A stretch of DNA of 22,000 bases, from the NCBI GenBank assembly GCA_965644495.1, contig CBFFSA010000081.1, positions 1-22,000 of the forward strand, given 5' to 3'. Of the stretch, positions 15,954 to 22,000 are shown in pieces. Position 1 is the first letter of the stretch; each line of letters begins with the position of its first letter. This stretch comes from Perkinsela sp. CCAP 1560/9 (taxonomy: Eukaryota; Protista; Euglenozoa: Kinetoplastea). Below the pieces are notes generated by a model, which did no database searches, had not been told where the DNA came from, and saw nothing but the letters and a program-made list of their open reading frames with translations. The translations under genes were made by a program, and so were the position numbers.

Positions 15954-16595
15954 TTTTTTTTTTTTTTTTTTTTTTTTTCCAACTTTTCCACAATTTCCAC
16001 ACTTACGGCCCTTCACTTTCCCTTACTCCCCATACTTTCCACACCTACTCCTCTTAGCCCTCTCGTACTTCCCTTCCCTCACTCCCTACCCCACTCACCG
16101 ATCCGCATGCACCCAGGCCCGTATGGTCCTGCACCTCCGCCCCCACCCCGTTAGCAGTAATAAATACTTTTGGTTGCCGTACGAGGGTGGGAGACGTGGA
16201 GGCCACGAAACACAAAGACGTCGTCACGCCGAGGGAGAAGAGCGCGGAGAGAGACACGGGGCGACTGACGCAGGGGCGAGAGGAGGCGAAGCACGGGCCC
16301 ATCTGCCAGGAACTCTGCCCCCACCCCGTGAGCAAGTATTGTATACTTTTGGCTGCTGACACGGGGGTGGGGGACGCGAGAGAGAAACACAACAGGGGGG
16401 CAAGCGCACTGCGGAGGGAGGGTGAGGTGGGGGGATGCGGCGCAGGGGGGTGATGGGACGAGACGGGGAAGGGGGATGCCGACAAAAAGGAGTGTATTTG
16501 AGGGGGGTGCCCTCCCATGGTCTGGAAGATGGTGTATGGAAGAAAAGGGGAAATAATTCAACAAGGTACAGAAACTGTATCTTTATCGTTAAAGA
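15954..16595 (-). mobile_element. ~620-nt SL-headed, poly(A)-tailed non-autonomous (SINE-like) unit or retrocopied ncRNA
   Basis: SL-like sequence at 16559-16595, T25 tail, and a GC-skewed body with a duplicated hairpin. No convincing ORF. Confidence 0.6.
16559..16595 (-). other. Spliced-leader (mini-exon)-like sequence TCTTTAACGATAAAGATACAGTTTCTGTACCTTGTTG
   Basis: Contains the kinetoplastid/diplonemid SL core ACAGTTTCTGTAC, has TAACG near the 5' end and ends in TTG. Not followed by the GT of an SL intron. Confidence 0.85.
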
Positions 16596-16791
16596 CAACG
16601 TTTTTTTTTTTTTTTTTTTTGCTCTTCATGGGCTCAAACGTGTTCCCCGCAAACGTGTTTTTTTTTTTTTTTTTTTTAAGCAATAAAATTAGCAATTTCA
16701 TATTTTGGAGCCCAAAACTAGCAATTCGATCTCCCGTAAGTATAATAACAATAATAACAATAATAATAAAAACAAGCAATCCACGCCCAAT

Positions 16792-17024
16792 CCATTCGCG
16801 CGTTCCGGACCGGGTCTTTCGACCTCTCCACGGCCTGACTTGTGAACCCTTCCCTTGCTATATGGGAGGGCGCAGGCGCGGGCCTGTGTCGACAGCGACA
16901 CGGTCGCGAAACAGGATGCTGGTCGACGGGGAGGAGATTCACTTCCCGTGTACTACCTCACTTGGGGTACCTAGCCCTCGCGGGCTAGGCGTGAGCATAG
17001 ACTCTGTCGACTCGACCAACATCC
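16792..17024. ncRNA. Conserved structured 3'UTR module (C type)
   Basis: Homologous to 11276-11515 with compensatory and wobble-preserving changes. Confidence 0.6.
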
Positions 17025-17040
17025 AGGCCAGAAGTTTTCC

Positions 17041-20000
17041 TTACTCTTCTTTGCCATACCCCACAAGTGCAGGGCCTGTGTTCGCCGAGGGGAGGCGAAG
17101 AACGAGCATACGCGCCTGGGAGCGCATGAGGGTGACGTTCAGACTTGTTAGTATTTGCTGTAACGCCCCCCCTTGCGAAAGTGTTCCACCTGAGGTCGCA
17201 GCTTGGCCTTTCGAGACTTCCCGCAAGACCGACATAGCGGCCGGACTCCAGCATCCGTATGTTTCGACAGCCATAGCTGTGAACTTGGTCTTCGCTTCTT
17301 CAGCTTCCTCCCGTTGCTTCCGCTTGTGTTCGACGGCGTACCTCTCGGCGAATGACCCGGCTGCCACCATGTTAGCATCACGGACCAGGTCCGTATACTT
17401 TTGTTGCTGAACATGTGTGACAGCGAAATCAAGGACGAGGGCCTGACCGAGACCACCGTTCCGGACATAGACATCTGCGGGTCGCGTGAGGGCGCCGCCC
17501 GGACCCCTGTTTCCCAGAGAGACTTCTCTCTGTGGGCTCAACCCGGCCTTGCTGCATTCAGCGGAGAACTGTTCCGCTAGGGCGTTGTGCCTTGTAATGA
17601 TTCCGTGGCCGCACTTGCAGGCTAGCGCATGGTCCCCCCCAGGGCCGAGTGGGAGGCGACAATTCGGAATCGGGCAGTTGTGACCTTGAGGGTATATACT
17701 CTCCCCGAGCCACCAACGAATCAGAGTCCGAAATTCAGTAGGGGTGTAGGCATGACCGCAGAGAGTTGAGGGAACCGTGAAGGCCCAGTTGGATGCCCCG
17801 TCGCCCGTTTGTGAGAGCCACCTAGCCCGAGTGCGGGGATCCGCTCTTGCGTAATCTTCCTCAAAGTCTCTCGCTGAAATCGCATGACTGAGATCGCGTT
17901 GTCGAGGAATCGTCAAATCTTGAGAAAGGTCAATATCGGGGGAGGGCGAGAAGGGGCATCTCTTTATGACGGAGTCCTTGTGGATTTTCCCGGTAGATTT
18001 GTCCACCATACACCCCCCTACACGCCGGTTAATGTCCTCCACGGCGTAAGAAAAGCCCTCAGCCTCATTTGCATCCCATCGATCCTTGTCGGAAGCGAAA
18101 GCTACTGAAGCTACGTACGCTGAGGTGGCATGCATTTCCGCTGAGCGAAGGCCGAGACCGCCGAACTGTTTATTTCTTTGTGCTTGTCGTCGAGCCATGT
18201 CACTCAGTGGGCGACAAAACGTTTCAACCGTACGCTGAACGGCGTTGTCGAGTCTGCGACATAAGTCCAGTAGTTCGTCCGTCGGCGTCGTGCGAAGGGA
18301 GTAAACCATCTGGCAAAACCCTGTGCACTGTCGGATGAGAGAGAAAGCGACCTGAGGGTCCTCCAGTTTCTCGATCGCTTCAAGGGATTCCTCCGCCTGG
18401 GAAATCGCGCTGTCGAGGAGGAACTGACGGCTGTACGTCGTAGATCCGATGGGGCTTCCCAAGATGCTCAGATTACCTTCCATGTTGATGTTGAGCCCGG
18501 GAATGTCAGGAAAGTGGGTAGTTTGATGAGATGAGGAAGGGTGTGTGATTATTTCGCACTTGGACGGATTGAGGTTCAGACCCCACTTTGGCCCTCCAAT
18601 TTCGATGATATCTAGTGCGTGACGTACATCAGAAGCCTGGCCTGCAAGGACGCCATCATCAAGGTACCAGAGATTGAGATGAAGATCAGGAGCTCCGGCC
18701 TTAATTTCTGCGGCCATTTCTCTCATGACGAGCGAGAACAAAAGGGGTCCGAGCGGGTCTCCTTGTTGTACGCCTTCAGAGGATTGAACTACACGTGCGC
18801 CGAATGTCAGGTTACTGTCCGAACTGTAGCACCATTCCACGAACGGGCTCAACTCAGGGAAATGATGCCGTGTCAAGGCCATAAAGCTATTTCTTGAAAT
18901 GTGATTGAAAGCGTTGCGAAGGTCAACCTTGCATAGCACAAAATCCTCGTTATTGATGTGGTGCGCAACCAGGCGCCTGCAAATGTGGATAACACGTTCG
19001 GCTCCTGCGGGCGTCGCCACTCCATATTGTTGATCTTTGAAGAGCGTTCTGGATTTAGCCTTTGCAGACAGACATCCTATCTTGCTCGCTAGTCGGCGGA
19101 AGGTTTCCCCTGCGGCAATGGGGCGGACATCACCCTGACCCTTGTGTAAAGCACATAAGCGTCCGCCGGCGAAGCAGTGTTGGACTTCAAGTGGTACTTT
19201 GCCCGCTAGCATATGACTAATAAGTTTCGTGAGCGTACCGAGCGGATCTGTCCTGGCGTCGTGATGGAATTGCACTGCTACTTGTAGGTGCTCAGGCCGA
19301 AGTCCGAGAGCTCCCCCTGAGGAACCTCGGTGAAAGCTGGAAAGCGCCGTAATGATGTCCTCTTCGGTTGCGGTGATCGGTTTAATATCCAAAGAAGGCG
19401 TGGTAATCGGACTTGGACCCAGAAGTCGAGACGGGTGTTTCGCCTGGAGCTTTTGATAAGTCGTGTCATCGTTTGGGGCAAGTGGTTCGGATGTCAACGC
19501 AGTCATTGCGCGGGAAAGTTCACCATCTCGCACGAGGCGTACTGCTCGGAGCGCAGCTTTCTGATCCTCCTCTTCAATGCTCTGAGCCTGTGGAGAACTT
19601 TTCCGCTTACGCTTCAGGCTTGACAAGGCCTCGTTCCAAAGTGGTAGAAATTCCTTGTTCTTCCATCTGGAAAGGCATTTGCGGACGTGGGAGGTGTATG
19701 AGGCTTTACCCTTGTCCCCGCCGCGTCGTGGTGCTGGAATTACACATTTAGGTAACATAGCCAGCAGGGTCCAAGCCTCGATGGTGTTGTCACGTACGGC
19801 CGCCGCCATGCATTCGGTAAGTGTTTTCGCCCATTCAGGCTTACAGCTGTTTGGGATATTTTTGCAGGTATTGACGGACAAGGCGCATACTGATGATAGG
19901 GACGGCAGATCTTCCACTGTTGGGGCGCCTTGCATAGTGTTCTCGCTAAGCTGCTGCTCAGGGTGGTGCTCAGTAACGGAATTTGGGGGCGGGACGGGGT

Positions 20001-21057
20001 AATCTTTGGAGCCAGCGGAGGAACCATGCGAAGGTTTGGGTGACGGCGTGCGAAACCTGCAGTGCATCTTGTGTGTTGCTTGCTTGCGCATGGAGTAGTG
20101 CTTTTTGCAACCCGGGCATAGGAATCTTCCCTCCTCTGTCCACCATGATTCCGCCACTTCTTCCCCATGTCTGTTAGCCACATGGTTGTAAAAGGCTTGC
20201 CATTGATCGCCGTGCGGCCCTGTTTCCCAGGTACATGAATCCAAGGGGCATTTCCTGGGCCGACTTGGTGTGCTAATAATGGGGGCGGGCGTGCTTTTAG
20301 ATGACTCGGCGTTTCGGGAGGTTAATGGGCGTCGGTGTCGCTTGAGACTTACTGAAGTGTCCGCATGGGGCTTTATGTCCGGTTTTTTCAGAGATGATGC
20401 CGCAGACAGATTGCTGTCACTTTCAGCCTCAGGAGTGTATGGCCTAGGGGAGTTGGAACTTGATTGTGCGGTGTCACGGTCGTCGCTGTCGGCCCCGGAC
20501 TCAGCACACAATTGGGAAAGGGAGATGCTCTTGGGTCGCTTCTTCTTTTTCCGTCCTTTTCCGCATCCATTCACAGACACAGTAAGGTCTTCAGGAGTGA
20601 GATCGGGGAAGAGCAATTTATCTTTTTCGTAATTATATTCGTTGTCGTATGACCTCCGGATATGTCGTTCGCACCTCTCCTTCACAGCCTTATTTGTGGT
20701 TTTTGATAGGCTGAGTGAAGAAGATTCTGCTCCCGCAAACTGGAATTCGAAGTCCTCAGTTGGACGGACGCTGGAGAAAAGTTCCTCTTCCGTGCTTGTC
20801 TGCTGTTGCCCTGTATCTGGGGTCTCACCTTCCACAGAGTTCGTAATGCTGAGTGCAATCTCGTCCGCTCGCCGTAAAGATTCAGCTGAAGGATTAGGTG
20901 GGAGGGGTGTAGTGTATAAGTCTACATGGTACGTACTCTTGCCTTCAACAAGGTCCTTGTTTGCGTCGAATTGGTCCCAGCAGCCGAGTGTGTGTGCTTT
21001 CACCTCGCGCTCGAAGTTCGAGACCTGCTTCGCCTTAGATCGAGTTAAAACAACCAT
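17041..21057 (-). CDS. Intact CRE-clade polyprotein (1338 aa): Zn fingers, RT, CCHC knuckle, restriction-like endonuclease
   Basis: First ATG after the SL is at 21057. Motifs: CPLDSC..HVANRH, CPGC..HKMHC, VRPIAAGETFRRL, KVDLRNAFN, GVQQGDPLGPLLF, WYLDDG, GGLGL, CPIPNC..HALAC, RHN, RPAD, LDFAVTH, VETYGCW. Confidence 0.95.
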   Translation of the reverse strand: MVVLTRSKAKQVSNFEREVKAHTLGCWDQFDANKDLVEGKSTYHVDLYTTPLPPNPSAESLRRADEIALSITNSVEGETPDTGQQQTSTEEELFSSVRPTEDFEFQFAGAESSSLSLSKTTNKAVKERCERHIRRSYDNEYNYEKDKLLFPDLTPEDLTVSVNGCGKGRKKKKRPKSISLSQLCAESGADSDDRDTAQSSSNSPRPYTPEAESDSNLSAASSLKKPDIKPHADTSVSLKRHRRPLTSRNAESSKSTPAPIISTPSRPRKCPLDSCTWETGPHGDQWQAFYNHVANRHGEEVAESWWTEEGRFLCPGCKKHYSMRKQATHKMHCRFRTPSPKPSHGSSAGSKDYPVPPPNSVTEHHPEQQLSENTMQGAPTVEDLPSLSSVCALSVNTCKNIPNSCKPEWAKTLTECMAAAVRDNTIEAWTLLAMLPKCVIPAPRRGGDKGKASYTSHVRKCLSRWKNKEFLPLWNEALSSLKRKRKSSPQAQSIEEEDQKAALRAVRLVRDGELSRAMTALTSEPLAPNDDTTYQKLQAKHPSRLLGPSPITTPSLDIKPITATEEDIITALSSFHRGSSGGALGLRPEHLQVAVQFHHDARTDPLGTLTKLISHMLAGKVPLEVQHCFAGGRLCALHKGQGDVRPIAAGETFRRLASKIGCLSAKAKSRTLFKDQQYGVATPAGAERVIHICRRLVAHHINNEDFVLCKVDLRNAFNHISRNSFMALTRHHFPELSPFVEWCYSSDSNLTFGARVVQSSEGVQQGDPLGPLLFSLVMREMAAEIKAGAPDLHLNLWYLDDGVLAGQASDVRHALDIIEIGGPKWGLNLNPSKCEIITHPSSSHQTTHFPDIPGLNINMEGNLSILGSPIGSTTYSRQFLLDSAISQAEESLEAIEKLEDPQVAFSLIRQCTGFCQMVYSLRTTPTDELLDLCRRLDNAVQRTVETFCRPLSDMARRQAQRNKQFGGLGLRSAEMHATSAYVASVAFASDKDRWDANEAEGFSYAVEDINRRVGGCMVDKSTGKIHKDSVIKRCPFSPSPDIDLSQDLTIPRQRDLSHAISARDFEEDYARADPRTRARWLSQTGDGASNWAFTVPSTLCGHAYTPTEFRTLIRWWLGESIYPQGHNCPIPNCRLPLGPGGDHALACKCGHGIITRHNALAEQFSAECSKAGLSPQREVSLGNRGPGGALTRPADVYVRNGGLGQALVLDFAVTHVQQQKYTDLVRDANMVAAGSFAERYAVEHKRKQREEAEEAKTKFTAMAVETYGCWSPAAMSVLREVSKGQAATSGGTLSQGGALQQILTSLNVTLMRSQARMLVLRLPSANTGPALVGYGKEE

Positions 21058-21093
21058 GGGGCGTAAGAGTGAGATAAAGAAAAGAAAATAATT

Positions 21094-21130
21094 CAACAAG
21101 GTACAGAAACTGTATCTTTATCGTTAAAGA
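21094..21130 (-). other. Spliced-leader-like sequence (identical to 16559-16595)
   Basis: 37-nt exact match at the 5' end of element C, directly abutting the next T24 run. Confidence 0.85.
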
Positions 21131-21566
21131 TTTTTTTTTTTTTTTTTTTTTTTTACGAACCAAGTAGGTCCATTGGGGGTGTATATGATTTTAAAACAAG
21201 CAATCAAATTAGCAATTTCATATTTTGGAGCCCAAAACTAGCAATTCGATCTCCCGTAAGTATAAGAACAATAAAAACAATAACAATAAAAACTAGCAAT
21301 CTATGCCCAATCCATTCGCGCGTTCCGGACCGGGTCTTTCGACCTCTCCACGGCCTGACTTGTGAACCCTTCCCTTGTTATATGGGAGGGCGCAGGCGCG
21401 GGCCTGTGTCGACAGCGACACGGTCGCGAAACAGGATGCTGGCCGACGGGGAGGAAGTTTTAGTTCCCGACCCATGTCCTACCTCACTTGGAGTACCTAG
21501 CCCTTGAGGGCTAGGCGTGAGCATAGACCCTGTCGGCATCGACCAGCATCCAGGCCAGCCATCTAT
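21131..21566 (-). mobile_element. 3'-UTR-only fragment of family B
   Basis: T24 plus sequence nearly identical to 11147-11530, cut at CCAGCCATCTAT. Confidence 0.85.
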
Positions 21567-21567
21567 A

Positions 21568-22000
21568 TTTTTTTTTTTTTTTATTGGGGGGGGTATACGA
21601 GTTGAAAACAAGCAATCAAATTAGCAATTTGAAAATTTAGCTTTTTTTTTTTTTTTTTTACTAAAAACTAGCAAACAATTCTTTTTTGAAAACAAGCAAT
21701 CAAATTAGCAATTTTATATTGTTTTTATGCAAATAAAGAAAATTTTTCTCTCTCTTTCTCCTCTTTCTCACCTCTTGACATACTTTTCCCACCTTTCTCC
21801 CTACTTTCCTGCTTTCCCCTACCCAACTTTTCAACTTTTCAGGGGGGGTAAGGTCTCCCTCAGCTTCGCCTCACCCGGCCTGCAGGCGGCTCCTCAACCA
21901 TTCGCGCGTTCCGGACCGGGTCTTTCGACCTCTCCACGGCCTGACTTGTGGACCCTTCCCTTGTTATACGGGAGGGCGCAGGCGCGGGCCTGTGTCGACA
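21568..22000 (-). mobile_element. Further 3'-end fragment(s) of B/C-related elements (runs off the window)
   Basis: T15 and T18 runs, AAACAAGCAATCAAATTAGCAAT motifs, a different pyrimidine-rich spacer, and the structured module from 21898. Confidence 0.7.

Larger units (their letters stand above)
16658..21130 (-). mobile_element. Full-length CRE-like non-LTR retrotransposon, family C (SL-5'UTR-ORF-3'UTR-A20)
   Basis: SL at 21094-21130, 36-nt 5'UTR, intact ORF, structured 3'UTR, T20 at 16658-16677. Confidence 0.93.

Noticed and set aside
15433-16359. ORFs with (FLLRQR)n, (KKRCLN)n, (KNVVLI)n; also 9101-9367 (LLRPFL)n
   Set aside because: By-products of 18-bp repeats that lack stops in some frames. 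No independent sign of translation.
16559-16595. True SL RNA gene
   Set aside because: No GT donor, SL intron or upstream promoter. It is flanked by a poly(A) junction and a UTR.
16517-17410. Plus-strand ORFs in the track (also 521-895, 2369-2965 and others)
   Set aside because: Antisense shadows or ORFs crossing T-runs and junctions, with no recognisable motifs.
17041-21057. Bacterial retron, group II intron or defence RT
   Set aside because: ZnF-RT-CCHC-RLE architecture, poly(A) tails and SL identify eukaryotic CRE-clade non-LTR elements.
21058-21099. Track start of the 1352-aa ORF at 21099
   Set aside because: It is a TTG inside the SL. The first ATG is at 21057.

Overview
Eukaryotic DNA, very likely euglenozoan (kinetoplastid/diplonemid type, judged from a spliced-leader-like sequence), made almost entirely of mobile-element sequence with every coding unit on the minus strand. 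1-~5265: about 1.4 tandem copies (period ~3757 bp) of a tyrosine-recombinase element with VIPER/TATE/DIRS-like layout. It has a gag-like ORF, an in-frame TGA, a YR ORF and a long overlapping third frame, but no RT. ~5259-22000: a strictly head-to-tail chain of apparent cDNA copies of polyadenylated RNAs, most starting with a 10-25 nt T-run on the + strand. It holds five divergent CRE-clade (RT + restriction-like endonuclease) non-LTR retrotransposon pieces (one full length), 3'-end fragments of them, and short non-autonomous units. Three units begin with a spliced-leader-like sequence (...ACAGTTTCTGTACCTTGTTG). Three perfect 18-bp arrays of two related types are joined onto truncated ends. My main hypothesis (inference) is one-directional RT-driven extension of a DNA 3' end by template jumping plus telomerase-like repeat addition, for example a retrotransposon-built chromosome end. 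A cDNA-concatemer library artefact cannot be excluded from sequence alone.
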